Source: Glaucostegus cemiculus
Taxonomy: Eukaryota
Length of the DNA stretch: 64,000 bases
NCBI GenBank assembly: GCA_976551045.1
Contig: CDPCPM010000010.1
Span: forward strand, 1,488,001 to 1,552,000
Direction: 5' to 3'
Made by a program: the position numbers and the translations under genes
Notes under the pieces: model-generated
The model's input: the letters and a program-made list of their open reading frames with translations, nothing else
What the model was told of the DNA's origin: nothing
Database searches by the model: none
Shown here: one piece after another, positions 25,161 through 38,754 of the stretch
Numbering within the stretch: position 1 is the first letter of the stretch
Layout of the letters: every line of letters starts with the position of its first letter

Positions 25161-27392
25161 CAGCCAAGTAGCATAGCTGGCCAGACATACTGGGAAAATT
25201 AACAGTTTGTGAGATACAAGCTGCCAACAGAGTCGGCTGCAAATAAATAGGACTAATCTAAGTCTAAGAGGGAATCAACTGGAGACTACAACAGGCGATT
25301 AAGAAGAGTTAATTCAGGGGAACATCTGAAGATATTGAGTGAGAACAAACTTTGAAGGGAAAGCACCAGAAGTCAAAAGCAGGTTCAGAGCAAAATTTTA
25401 AATTAGGAATTTGGAGCAAGAAAGTCATAAGTTGGCCGGGCAATGAAGCTGTATTACAATTTAAAGTCAAAAGGTACTGTGATGCAGCATAAACTAGATA
25501 TAAATATAATATATACTAACAATAATGTTATTTTAATTGAAAATTAAGAAATGTAGACACGTTGAGCATTGCTGAGAGAATTGGTATTGAAATTTACTGA
25601 TGGAACAGGAAGCATTGCAGTGCCATCTACTGGTAGAAAGCTTCTATCTATATTGTCAAAGGAAACACCTGCCATCTATATTGGCACTGAATGTTTAGCC
25701 TGGGCTGTTTCCACTGTACATACTGATAGAAAAGGCATTACTCATAAACATGAAACTAAAATTAAGGTTTATGGATAGGAAGGAATGCTACAAGAAAGAC
25801 TTAACAAACACGATGTCCCTTGCATAAAAAACATGTTGACTCTGCGCAGAAAGATTATGATTTAAGTAAAAGCAGAAAACTGGAAATACAGAGGTCAAGT
25901 AGCATCTTAACAGAGAATCAGAGTTAGCTAATCAGCTTGACGACCCTTCATAAACGTGAAACTTTAATTTTGCTTCACTTTCATGATCTGCTAGGTACTT
26001 CCAGTATTCATCATTTTCATTTCAGATTTCCAGCATCTGCACTATTTTACTTTTGGATGATTTTCCAAGTTCCAAATTATTACTTCCTTAAAAATGGATT
26101 CTAGCATTTTCCTGACAACAAATGTCAGGCTAGCTAGCGTACAGTCCTTGTCTTTCTGTTTCTGATCTTTCTTTAATAAAACTTGCTATCTTCTAATCTA
26201 CTGAGACCTTTCTATAATCTAGAAAGCTCTAAAAGATGGTATTAATGCATCTACTATCTCTTTGGTGGCCTCTTTTAGAGTCCGGGGATGCAAGTCAATT
26301 ACACTACTCAACTGTCACTTCAGTTCTATTTATTATTAAGCTCTCATTGAACCTTGGTTCCCACTATTTCTGGTAATGTTATAGCAGGAAATAGTAACGT
26401 TCTTCAAACCTCCCACACCATTCCACCATTGCTGTTACAAATGTTAGTCAATTAAGCAGTCCAAGGTACTGAAGCCCTTCCTGATATGAAGCAGTCAGAG
26501 ACAGGGCCATTGTGGCCCAAGCTTTGAGGGTACTGCAGAAGGTATATGTACTGTTAACTTAAATATTACCGCAGCCACCAACCCAACATGCTCCTACCAC
26601 TTGGGTTGCACTATACAGAAGCATCAAATTAGCCAAGACCAGCTCTGGATAACCACCAAGGCTGGTGGCAGATCAAGAGAGATGAAAGTGATTGAATAAT
26701 GAAGGAGTTGGTGGCCATTTTAGTTGTGACCTTTATGATGAGTGAGCTGAAAGAATGTGATTGCTTTACTTCCTGATAGATCCTCAAATATGAAAGGAAT
26801 GACATTTGGCAATACAGATCCAAATTCAGCTGGAGGATACAATTGGTCTTGAATTAGTTGCCAACAAGCATCCCTTCAGAGTGCAAGCATCTTCCTACTG
26901 CTCAAAAACCTCCTTAATGGGTAAGCCCTGTATTTGATCCCGTGGAACAACTATTGCTAGCCTTCCATATTGTCAGACTGTGGAGCATGCTGCAAGTCGC
27001 TAAAAATTTGGGGACCTTCTCAGATAGTACTGGAAGGCCGCACCTAACGTCAAAATCCTGCTTGAGAATAACCTGGTAACAGAAGTGGCTCTAATTGTAA
27101 CAGTACTCAGTGGGTGTGTGAACTTTCTGGAGGGTGGGGGAAAAGGTGAAAAATAAGAGGGAAATTGTGCTTCATGGCATCAGAATCTATATTATTAATA
27201 GATAAGCAGCCAAGCACATTCCCTTCACTGCACTTTGTGGATTACAAAGTCTTTTTCCATGTTGAAGGTCCTTTTGTACCTCAAAATTTACATGAAGGAC
27301 TCAGGTGGGTCAATGGCTCACTTAACTATGTGGAACCCCACAAGCCAGGTGAACTCTAAACCTCTTTGCCTCTGATGTTAAGGAATAAAATA

Positions 27393-28987
27393 CAGTGGCA
27401 TGCAAAAATTTGGGCACCTCCGATCAAAATTTCTGTTACTGTGAATAGTTAAGTGAGTAGAAGGTGAACTGATCTCCAAAAGTCAAACTCAAAGATGAAA
27501 CATTCTTTTCAACATTTTAAGCAAAATTAGTGCATTACTTTTGTTCCGAACAATTTTAGAGGGGAAAAAAGGAAAGGAGTACCATGCAAAAGTTTGGGCA
27601 CCCCAAGAGATTTGAGCTCTCAGGTAAGTTTTACCAAGGTCTCAGACCTTCATTAGCTTGTTAGGGCTATGGCTTGTTCACAGTCATCTTTAGGAAAGGC
27701 CAGGTGATGCAAATCTCAAAGCTTTATAAATACCCTGACTCCTCAAACCTTGTCCCAACAATCAGCAGCCATGGGCTCTTCTAAGCAGCTGCCTAGCACT
27801 CTGAAAGTTAAAATAAATGATGACCACAAAGCAGAAGGCTGTAAGAAGATAGCAAAGCGTTTTCAGGTAGCCGTTTCCTCAGTTTGTAATATAATTAAGA
27901 AATGGGAGTTAACAGGAATGGTGGAGGTCAAGTTGTGGTCTGAAAGACCAAGAAAACTGCTCGTAGGATTGCTACAAAGGCAAATCAAAGTCCCCGTTTG
28001 ACTGCAAAAGACCTTTAGGAAGATTTAGCAGATTCTGGAGTGGTGATGCACTGCTCTACTGTGCAGCGGCATCTGCACAAATATGACCTTAATGGAAGAA
28101 GCTTCAGAAGAAAACCTTTCCTGCATTCACACCACAAAACTCAGCGTCAAAAGTTTGCAAAGGAACGTCTAAACAAGCCTGATGCATTTTGGAAACAAGT
28201 CCTGTGGACTGATGAAGTTAAAATTGAAAATTTTTTGGCTACTATGAGCAGAGGTATGTTTGGAGAAAAAAAGAGTGCAGAATTTCATGAAAAGAACACC
28301 TCTCCAACTGTTAAGCATGGGGGTGGAATGATCATGCTTTGGGCATGTGTTGCAGCCAGTGGGATGGGGAACATTTCACTGGTAGAAGGAAGAATGATTT
28401 CAATTAAATACCAGCAAATTCTGGAGGCAAACATCACACCGTCTGTAAAAAGGCTGAAGATGAAAAGACGATGGCTTCTACCACAGGATAACAATCCTAA
28501 ACACCTCAAAATCCACAATGGGCTACCTCAAGAGGCACAAGCTGAAGGTTTGCCATGGCACTCACAGTCCCCCGACCCAGTATCATTGAAAATCTGTGGG
28601 TAGACCTCAAAAGAGCAGTGCATGTAAGACGGCCCAAGAATCTCACAGAACCAGAAGCCTTTTGCAAGGAAGAATGGGTGAAAATCCCCCAAAAAAGAAT
28701 TGAAAGACTCTTAGCTGGCTACAGAAAGTGTTTACAAGCTGCAATACTTGCCAAAGGGGGTGTTACTAAGTACTGACAATGATGGGTGCCCAAACTTTTG
28801 CTTCAGGCCCTTTTTGTTATTTTGAAACTGTAAAAGATGGATATAAAGAAGCAATCTTGCTTAAAATGTTAAAGAAATGTCATCTTTAACTTTATGCCAT
28901 TTGGAAATTAGGTCATCTTTTACTCGTTTAGCTAGTCACAGTAACTGAAATTTTGACCTGGGGTGCCCAAACTTTTGCATGCCACTG
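27393..28987 (+). mobile_element. Full-length Tc1/mariner DNA transposon (IR/DR type) with frameshifted DD34E-type transposase
   Basis: TA|CAGTGGCATGCAAAA...TTTTGCATGCCACTG|TA; ~210-bp terminal inverted repeats with inner direct repeats; transposase MGSSKQL...WTDE...KHGGG...QDNNPKH...SPD...IENLW...GGVTKY split over 27771-28776. Confidence 0.96.
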
Positions 28988-30180
28988 TATATCTTAGCCA
29001 TCCTCAATATAGACCCTCAAATTCCTCCCTCATGGAGATAAAGAAAGAGACACTGATTATGTGACTGATATCACCTGTGATAGCCTGGAAGTTTCTGACA
29101 GCATACAAATTTAAATGCTTCTCTGACCTTGATTGCCACAGGGATTACAGTACTGGCTGTATTGTAGAAGTGTGACTTTTCCTTCCACTTGGCCACAGAA
29201 CTCTGCGGTGACTTTCTTCATAAAGAGTAGTCTCAAAATGCACCGATTAAGAGTTATAATAATGAAGGATAAAATCTGTGGACTGAAAGGGCCTTCTGCT
29301 CAAAGCTCTCCTCATGCTCATTCCACCAATGGCTATTGCTCCTCTGCTTGATCTTATCTCCTTCTCCCATTCTTTATCCACATCAAGGGGGAATCCCTAA
29401 GAAGACCACTCAATTTCTCCTGTTGATTCCAATAATGTTCAATAAGGCACAGCATCAAACATTCATTATCTTGAGGTGAAATCCTCACAGAATCCCAAGG
29501 AAAATGCTGATAGAGTAAAACACTGCATCGCTTGGCAAGGTGTCCCAGAAAATCTCTCTAAGTGTCTCCAAAATATCCTCAGATCCAGTACCATAGGGCA
29601 AACATGGCTGCAAATAACCTCAAAACTTTCAAATGATTTATTTAAAGCTATTTAGCTGGCTGCAGTATAGACATATCATTAGTTACAGAACTACTCAGCA
29701 AAATGGCTTTAAGCTACCTTATTGAAGTTTAACAGCTACTGCAATCGCCAATCGGAATCTTTAAGATTCTTAGAGTGCCACCTCCTGGCATGGTCTTTTA
29801 ACTGTTTACCAGGATGCCATTTTGCACTAAAGGCAGGCTTAACCAACGTTGAAATTCAAAACTCAAACCTAGCCTTCTCAGAAGTCTTTAGCATTGTTTT
29901 GAGGGAGGGGACATTGGCTTGTTGTACATGATTGAAGCACATAGTCAGTCTCAGAATATCATTTCTAAATTTTAGTCACACAAAGTTTTCAACATGTCAT
30001 TTCAATATCAGTTTTAAATTTGATTTTAACATGAACCATTTTTAAATCTGTGAAGTTATTTAGATAGGAAGCTAAGTGATAGGAGCCCACAGTGGTATTT
30101 TTCTGGTCTATTATAGTCAGTCTACATATTAACACCAACCATAAAACCCACAGTGATTTCAGTCATCAGCATTACACATA

Positions 30181-30390
30181 ACCACAGAAAATGCTGAAAA
30201 CACTTAGCAGTTGGGTAGCATCTGTGAAAAGAGAAAGAGTTAACATTTCAGTTTAAGGGCCCTTTGTCAGATTTCTCACTGAGGGTCTTTAACATGAAAC
30301 AGTAACTGTGTTTCTCTTTTCACAGACACAGCCAAACTTGCTGAATGTTTACAGCACTTTCTATTTTTATTGTAGATTTTCAGTATCTAA
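30181..30390. repeat. Palindromic short element related to Penelope terminal repeats
   Basis: cagaaaatgctgaaaacacttagcag...gagaaagagttaac and inverse gtaactgtgtttctc...gctgaatgtttacagcactttct; related copies at 2693-2783, 3750-3840, 18925-19115, 25865-26055, 44490-44600. Confidence 0.75.
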
Positions 30391-30913
30391 ACTTTTTTTT
30401 GATTTTTAAGTTGATAGGCTTCACTTGTTATTGAGCTTCACATCTCAAGCTATTGGGTGAACAACATCTGCTGAAATTTCTAAGTTGTCATCTTCCATAT
30501 CTTGTTCTATTCACTTGTATGTCCATAAAAACCGAAGCAAAATTTAGAATAATTCAGGAATTCAGTTCAGTCATCCATAAAAAACAAACAGAATTCTTTC
30601 ACTTTAAATTACATTTAATGTATCAATTTCAATCAGAACAGTTCTCTTTGACATCAATGTAAATGAAAAAAACAACACATCAGACAACATCAATGGGAAT
30701 AAGGAAGACAGGTTTATCATTTCATTTGTAAGATTCTTCAGAATGCCAGCACCTACAATATTGGATTTTTAATTCAATTTGACATCAGATACTTTTTTTT
30801 AAAACTTCTTATTGCCTTTTGCTAGCATTTTACATATAACCAATTCCTCTTTTAAATCCTGTTTTAAAGGTATATAATACAATTTTCTTTCTTTGCTCTG
30901 AAGTGAAGAGGTT

Positions 30914-33280
30914 CAATAGAACAATACAATACAGCACAAAACAGGCCCTTCAGCCCATCAAGCTGTGCCATCCTACAAACATCTCCCAAACTAACTCTTT
31001 CCACCCTCATATCCTACTATTCCACATTCTTCCATGTGCTTATCTAACAATCTCTTAAACCTGTCCAACGTATCTGCCTCCACTACCACCCCAGGCAGTG
31101 CATTCCATGCACCAACCACTCTCTGGGTGAAAAACTTCCCTCTGACATCTCCCCTATACTTTCCACCAATTATCTTAAAGGCATGCCCTCTCGTCTTGAG
31201 CATCTGCGCTCTGGGAAAGAGGCGCTGACTATTAACTCTATCTATTCCTCTCAATATCTTAAACACCTCTATCAAGTCCCCTCTCATCCTCCTCCTCTCT
31301 AATGAGTAGAGCCCTAGCACCTTCAGCCTCTCTCTATATTCCATACCCTCCAATCCAGGCATCACCCTGGTAAGTCGCCTCTGCACCCTCTCCAACACCT
31401 CCACATCCTTCCTATAATGCGGCGACCAGAACTGAACACAATATTCCAAGTGCGGCCTAACTAGAGTTTTGTAAAGTAGCATCATCACCTCTCTGCTCTT
31501 GAACTCAATCCCTTTATTTATAAAAGCCAACATCCCATAAGCCTTTTTAACAGCCCTATCCACCTGCGAGGCAACTTTGAGTGAACTGTGGATATGAACC
31601 CCCAGATCCCTCTGCTCCTCTACACTGCCAAGAACCTTGCCATTTACCTTATACTCTGTCCTGGAGTTTGTCCCCCCAAAGTGCACCACCTCACACTTCT
31701 CCGGATTAAACTCCATCTGCCACCTGTCAGCCCAGTTCTGCATCCTATCAATATCCCCCTGTAAGCTCCTACAGTCCTCCACACTATCTACCACACCACC
31801 GATCTTGGTGTCATCTGCAAACTTACCAACCCATCCCTCCACTCCTTCATCCAAATCATCTATGAATATAACAAAGAGTAGAGGCCCCAGAACTGATCCC
31901 TGCGGGACTCCACTAGTCACAGCCCTCCAATCCGAGGGCACTCCCTCCACCACAACCCTCTGCCTTCTACAGGAAAGCCAATTTCTTATCCACACAGCCA
32001 ACCTCCCCTGGATACCTCGACCTCTGATCTTCTGAAGCAGCCTGCCATGAGGAACCTTATCGAACGCCTTACTAAAATCCATATAGACTACATCCACCGC
32101 CCTGCCCTCATCAAGCTTCCTCGTCACTTCCTCAAAGAACTCTATCAGGCTCGTGAGGCAAGATCTTCCCTTCACAAAGCCATGCTGACTGTCCCTAATC
32201 AGTCCATGACTCTCCAAGTGCTCATAGATCCTGTCCCTCAAAATCCTTTCCAACAGCTTACCTACCACAGACGTGAGACTCACCGGTCTGTAATTTCCCG
32301 GACTATCTCTACTGCCCTTCTTAAACAAGGGAACAACATCCGCTACCCGCCAATCCTCCGGCACCATCCCCGTGGACAACGAGGACTCAAAGATCCTCAC
32401 CAGCGGATCAACAATCTCCTCCCTCGCCTCCCGAAGTAGCCTGGGGAATATTCCATCAGGCCCCGGAGACTTATCAGTCTTGATATTACTTAACAATTTC
32501 ATCACCTCCTCCCTCTCTATAGCTACATACTCAAGAACATTACCCTTGTCAGCACTCACCGTCACATCATCAAGGCCCCTCTCCTTGGTGAATACAGAGG
32601 AGAAGTATTCATTTAGTACCTCCCCTACCTCTGCCGCCTCCAGGCACATCCTCCCACCTTTGTCCTTAATAGGACCTACCTTTACCCTAGTCATCCTTCT
32701 GCCCTTCACATAAGAGAAAAAAGCCTTGGGATTTTCCTTAACCCTACGAGCCAACATCTTTTCATGTCCCCTTCTAGCTCTCCTCAGCTCTTTCTTAAGT
32801 TCCCTTCTCACTATACTATACTCCTCACGGGCCACATCAGAGCCTTGCTGCTTACACCTTACGTAAGCCTCCTTCTTCCTCCTAACCAGTCTTTCCACCT
32901 CTCTTGTCACCCACGGTTCCTTCACTATTCCATTCTTCCTCCGTCTTGCCGGAACATATTTGTCCCCAACATCCTGTAAAACATCCCTGAACAACATCCA
33001 CATCTCTACAGTACACATCCCCTCAAAAAGGACTTCCCAATTTACACTCCCAAGCTTTTTCCTTATAGGCTCATAGTCTGCCCTACCCCAATTGAATATC
33101 TTCCTACGCTCCCTGCACCTATGCCTGTCCATGACAATTCTAAAGCTTATCGAGGAATGATCACTGTCTCCCAGAGGCTCACCCACTAGTAGATCTCTCA
33201 CCTGTCCAGATCCAACACAGCATTCCCTCTAGTCGGTTTGTCAACATACTGCTCCAGAAATCCATCCTGGGCACAATGGG
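30914..33280 (-). mobile_element. Young 5'-truncated CR1 LINE with open ORF2 (end of endonuclease plus reverse transcriptase)
   Basis: 736-aa ORF 30991-33201 with KSPGPDG, YRPVSLTS, DFSKAFDKV, GVPQGSVLGP, FADD; CR1 3' stem and tgttcta-type tail. Confidence 0.96.
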
Positions 33281-33609
33281 GCTCAGTGGAACACTCTTAA
33301 AATTTGGACATGATTTCCACAAATTTTTTTTTCCTGTGATCAAATACTGTTATTTATCCAGTGTTTTCCATAAATGATTAAAGACTATAAACCAATGTAA
33401 GAGCATGTTACCCCATTGCTTGTGCACTTCATAAGTTTTCAATCAAGATAATATGAACAATATTTTATCTGTACTGTACTATAATTCCAAAATTTATTCT
33501 CAATGGAAGCAAATTTAACTAGAAATCAGAAACATAGTAAACTTCAATCCAACAATATATCTTGTCTTTGCTGATAAATCCAGGAAATGTACATTGGTCA
33601 CCTGAGCCC

Positions 33610-34620
33610 TATACAGAATCAGTGAATTATTGAAACTTTATGCCGCAGGAGGCCATTCAGTCCATATAGCCTGCCCCAGCCAAAAAGGAGTTATCCAACC
33701 CAATTCCAACTTCCAGCAGTGAGTCCATCATTCTGCAGGCCACAACTCTTCAAGTATATATCACAGTGTTTTTTTTTAAATGTATTAATGATTTCTGCTC
33801 CTACCACCCTTTCAGGCAATGAATTCCAGAACTCCCACTTTCTGGGTGAAGTTCCATCATCTTTCTACCAGTTACTTTAACCTTTCCCCCTTAATTTTTC
33901 ATCCCTCAGCCAAGTTATTGAAGTCCTTTTTAATTACTCCATCTAGGTCCCTTCTAATTTTAAATACTCAATTAAGTCTCTGCTCAGTCCCCTCAGTTTC
34001 AGTTTCAAACTCTGTCCAATCGTTCATCAAGGCTAAAACTTCCCAATTCTGGCAACATCCTCAAATCTCATCTATATCTTTTCTCGTGAAACGACATCAT
34101 ATACTGGCCAGAACTGTCCACAATACTCAAAAAGTGACATAACTAGCATTATATATTGTCTATAGCATAACCACCCTGCTCTTATGTTCTATACCTGATC
34201 TAAAATAACCATTCTCTGTGCTTCCTTCTGCACCTTATCAAGCGGTTCTGCTACCTTTAAGGATAGTCTTTCCGTTCCTTCACATTTCTCAGTGTGTATT
34301 ATCATAATCCCTTGCTTGTTGCACCTCTAACTCACACTTTTCTAATTGAATTTTAATTGCGACTTTACAACTGATATGAGGCTTCCACAATGTCTTGCAG
34401 TATAAAGCTTTCCTCATGTCAACTACACAGCGAAATTTTGCATCTTCAAACGTCCTTATTTTGCTCCCTACATTTAAGTCTAAATCATTAATAAAAAAAA
34501 TAAAAAGCAAGCTTGGACCTAGCCCTGTAAGCTAACTAGGAGCAGCCTTCTAGTCACAAGGACAACTGTCAACCATTATCCTTTGCTTCCAATAACTGAG
34601 CTAATTTTTGCTCCAACCAT
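33610..34620 (-). mobile_element. Old CR1 3' fragment
   Basis: ggaggccattcag, ctctgggtgaag-like motif, ORF LFIFFINDLDLNV...FEDAK. Confidence 0.75.
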
Positions 34621-35229
34621 TCTCCCAACTGTCCGAGCCTTTTGATTTTAGCCTTACATACACAACTGTGCATTCACAACCATCTGAAGCAGAGTTCTGA
34701 AGAGTTAACCGTCAGCATAAAGGAATTCCTTTTTGAGTCCTAAATGCCTGACCTCCTATCCTGAGATTATGCTTGCAAGCTCAATGCTTTCCAGTTAAAG
34801 GAAACAACCTCTTGACATTCTTCCATCCTCTCAGAATCTTTTATATTTGAATGCTAATATCATAAAATATTCACATCAATAAATTCAACCTATAATAATT
34901 ATAAAACAAAATACAGTATTTTTCTTTTATGCAAACCTATTGGGAGTTTCTAACATTAAAAATGTCAGTGTCATTCCTGTAACAATCTGTTGTAGCTGAA
35001 AAGTTTAGTTTATTTTACTCATAAAAACAAGATAAATTGCTATACACTGAAATGTATAATAATTCTGCTTAGTTAAATACCAGGAGATTTAAGTTAAATA
35101 CCAGGAGAAGCACGCATAAATTTCAATTACTTAAGGAGTGATATTTTCAGAATCACATTGAAACAGTTATTCATCATTAATGCAAGTTTATTTCTGAGAC
35201 TATAACATACTGTATATTCAATACAGTAA

Positions 35230-35443
35230 ATTGTTGAAACAAATTAGAGATAGATGCAGAGTTAGAAAGGGAACGATTGAAATTTGAGGCTGAAGCAGAG
35301 CAAAGGAAACTGGAATCTGAACGGGAACGATTGAAATTTGAGGCTGAAGCAGAGCAAAGGAAACTGGAATCTGAACAAAAGAGACTAGAGGCTGAACGGG
35401 AACAGGAAAGGGATATTTGCCAATAGTAAGCTACTTCGTAACA
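35230..35443 (+). mobile_element. Fragment with Gag-like E/R-rich coiled coil fused to the terminus of the 46017-46679 element
   Basis: Translates LEIDAELERERLKFEAEAEQRKLESERERLKFEAEAEQRKLESEQKRLEAEREQER; 35407-35443 matches 46643-46679 at 35 of 37 bases. Confidence 0.7.
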
Positions 35444-36074
35444 CTATATTATCAGAATTTTTTTTTTTAAAGAGTTGGAGAAATTACTACCTTTAGTAAT
35501 CCACATTAATGTCAATCCCAACATTACCACTGTAAATTAAAGGTGTATTAAGTCTCATTTCAAAAAACTTAGAGACCCAATTAAAATGATATCTATTTAC
35601 TTCATCGTGCTGCATTTATTACTTCATTATTTTGATTTATTTTTCCTGTGCATAATTATATTTCATTTATCACTTGATATGCATGACTGAAATATACAAG
35701 AAGTCAAAGTACATCAAAGCCTGTGAAAGCTAATCATTTAGAATCATGCAAGTGTCTATGACATGAGCCCAAGAGTTTTACTACACTACACTGATCCAAG
35801 TTGAATTCAATGGTAAAAATTTGATGCAAGAAAAAAAAGTGGCAAAACTTCTCACTACACACCTATCCTGATATCCAAATCCCTTTGCCAGTCAGAAAAG
35901 TAAATCCATTCACTATTCTGCAAGATATAAAGATACCAATGAAATCTTCTTGCAAATGACCTTTAATCATCCTGGCCTTAAATTGTGCATTAAGAGGGTG
36001 GTAAGACTGGCAGATGGCGAGATGATAAAACTTGAATATGACAAAGCTGCGTAGTGCACACCTATCCTTCTCAT

Positions 36075-36660
36075 AACATTATAAGCAATAGAAGCAGGAG
36101 TAGTCCATTAGTGCTTAATGATTGCTTTACCATCCAATAAGATCGTGGCTGATCTTTTCCCCACAGCGCTGCTTCCTGCACTAACTCCATTTCCCTTGAT
36201 GCTCTTAACATCCAAAAATTGAATAATCTCTTTCTTGAATACACCCAGTTACTGAGCTTCCATGACCCTCTGGGGGGATAAAAATTTTAAAGATCCTCTA
36301 GCCACCAGGTGAAGAAATTTCTTCTCATCTCTGTCTAGTATGGTGGTGACTGTGACTCCTGTTACAAGGCACTTCAGCCAGGGGAAATATCAATTCCAAA
36401 TCTATTCAATCAACTCCTTAAAGAACTTTGTGATTTTTTAATGAGATCACCTCTCATTATTCTAAACTGATGACAGCATTTGCTCAATTTGCTTAACCTG
36501 CCTTCACATGACAAACCCACCATCCTAGGAGTTCATTTGGTGAACCCCTGCTGCATTCCCTCATTGCAAGTATATCCTTCCTTAATCATGGAGACAGACC
36601 TGAACACACTATTCCAGATGCGGTTTCACTAGTGCCATATATAACACCAATTCTTGTACT
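36075..36660 (-). mobile_element. Old CR1 3' fragment
   Basis: aagcaggagtagtccatt, aataagatcgtggctgatc, atgagatcacctctcatt, acactattccagatgcgg. Confidence 0.8.
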
Positions 36661-37099
36661 TGGGTTTCTATCATTTAAGTCTCCTTCTTGTGCACTGATG
36701 GAAGTACTGCCATTAGAAATTGTCTGAACTTCCCGTTAGGGCAAGAATTTAAATATGGGAAAGGGGTTATGGGAGAAGCATCAACATTCAGGTTCAATCG
36801 CATTTCTATCCTATATCCACCAAATGACTTTATAAATAATAGCAATCAAGGAACATTAAAGGATACATTTTGGCTCTCCAGGGGCACTGTAACTCCTTTT
36901 GAGATCAGCTAATTTTATATCTATTTGACGCTAGGACCCAGACCCAATGATGTATGTAGCTTACTAAAGCATCCTGTTTTTTTAAGTTCACTGACAGAAA
37001 ATATATACAACTTACAAAAAGGGAAAGCGAATTCTTCAAATTACCTATTGCCCTGAATTTACTTTCTTAAAAATATTAGGATTTTCAAGATTATTGGAT

Positions 37100-37390
37100 G
37101 GCATAATGGTGCAACTAGTAGGGCTGATGCCTCACAGCCCCAGTGAACCAGGTGGTACCCCGACCTTCCAGTGCTGTCTGTGTGGAGTTTATACATTCTC
37201 CCTGATGTCATGTGGGTTTTCTCCCTCATTCCAATGACATGCAGGCTAATGGATTAATTGGCTACTAGTGTGTAGGAGAGTGACAGAATCTTGGGAGGAG
37301 AATGGTTTATTGAGAGAACTAGTTTGAGAATGGGGAGTGCTCTGAGTCAGCACACGTGGACCAAAAATGGACTCCCATGTCATAAGAAAA
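37100..37390 (+). mobile_element. Old V-SINE
   Basis: gcctcacagccccagtga, gtgctgtctgtgtggagtttatacattctccc. Confidence 0.7.
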
Positions 37391-37735
37391 TATGATTTTT
37401 TTTTAAATGTGCACATAAAGTGTCATTGATGTTCACATCAAGATCTTTAGGGCAAGATTCTAAGATTTTATTTTAACTAATAAAAATATTTGATATAAAC
37501 CCATTGCTGCTCGTTACAGTCAACATTCATAGATCAGATAGGATAATGCTTAATTGTTAGCCATCTTATAATAGACAGGATGTTTGCAATACTTTGACGC
37601 TATTCTTTTCCTGAAGCACATTTTTCAGTAATGCTATCATTTTTACATTACATTTTAAAATCTAAAGTTTTGGTATGAATTTAAAAATTTCAAATTATTT
37701 CTTCCTGAAGCATAGTCTTCCAACATACTAGTAGA

Positions 37736-38266
37736 GGATCATAGGTGTCCCGCGTCCATCCCTCGCAGACATATACAAAGACCGTTGTGTGAGGAAGACC
37801 AAAAGCATAATGGCCGACCCTTCTCACCCCTCCCACCACCTCTTTACAATTTTGCCATCAGGGAGGAGGCTTAAATGTATCAGGGCAAGAACGACCAGGC
37901 TGAACAATAGCTTCTTTCCGCAAGCCATCAGAACTGCAAACTCTCTCATCCCTCTATCTTCCTTTGTTAACACTAAGAGATGCTAGGTGCACAGAAATGC
38001 ACCAGCACTTTAAATGCCCAACACCAGCCCGTTCACTTTAATAACTATTTATTTATTTACCGGCCATTTTTAATTTAATCTGCATATTAATTTAATTTTA
38101 ACTTCCGTAGTTTTTAATGTTTAATGTTTTTTAATGTTTATTCTGTCAAGTGTGTATGTGTGTCACTGTTGGTTGTTATTTTATGGGACAAGCACCTGAG
38201 GAGGACGGTATCTCGCTCCTAGGCATACTATGTATGTATATGGTTGTGACAATAAAACTGATTCTG
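37736..38266 (+). mobile_element. Rex1/Babar-type LINE 3' fragment with 11-bp target-site duplication
   Basis: DPSHPSHHLFTILPSGRR...RTTRLNNSFFPQAIR; tail aataaaactgattctg; ATACTAGTAGA at 37725-35 and 38267-77. Confidence 0.93.
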
Positions 38267-38754
38267 ATACTAGTAGATTCATCCACTACAGATCACTACA
38301 AAGAAAACAAAAGATTCAAGATTTGTTAACGTCAGCCAGGACAACAGTTGCTTGATCTAGTGTCAACATACCACACTTTGGATCTGGGGAACAGAAAATG
38401 TGTTAGTTATAGTCATCAACATAGGACCAAGAAATAGAAATTTGTAAAATATTAATCAGGTAAACTGAGATACCATCTGCATCAAATAGTTAAAACCTAG
38501 GCTCAGCCACTATAAATGCCACAGACGATGTTAGAAAACATCAATCTGTTATTCTACTTCATACAACTTAACTATTTAATGGTTCAAAGCAACAAGGTTT
38601 ATCAAGATAATACTCCTTCCCAGATTGTCTTACACATTTTAAAAGATAATTTGAAAGTTTGTATTTTTATTTGTGCTTCAGTACACTTCCATCAAAACAG
38701 ACCAAACCCCTCCATTTCCAGTGTTTACATATTCCTGCAGGACGGGTCGCCGCT

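Noticed and set aside
31034-32979. Plus-strand ORFs of 64-132 aa
   Set aside because: Antisense shadows of the CR1 ORF2.
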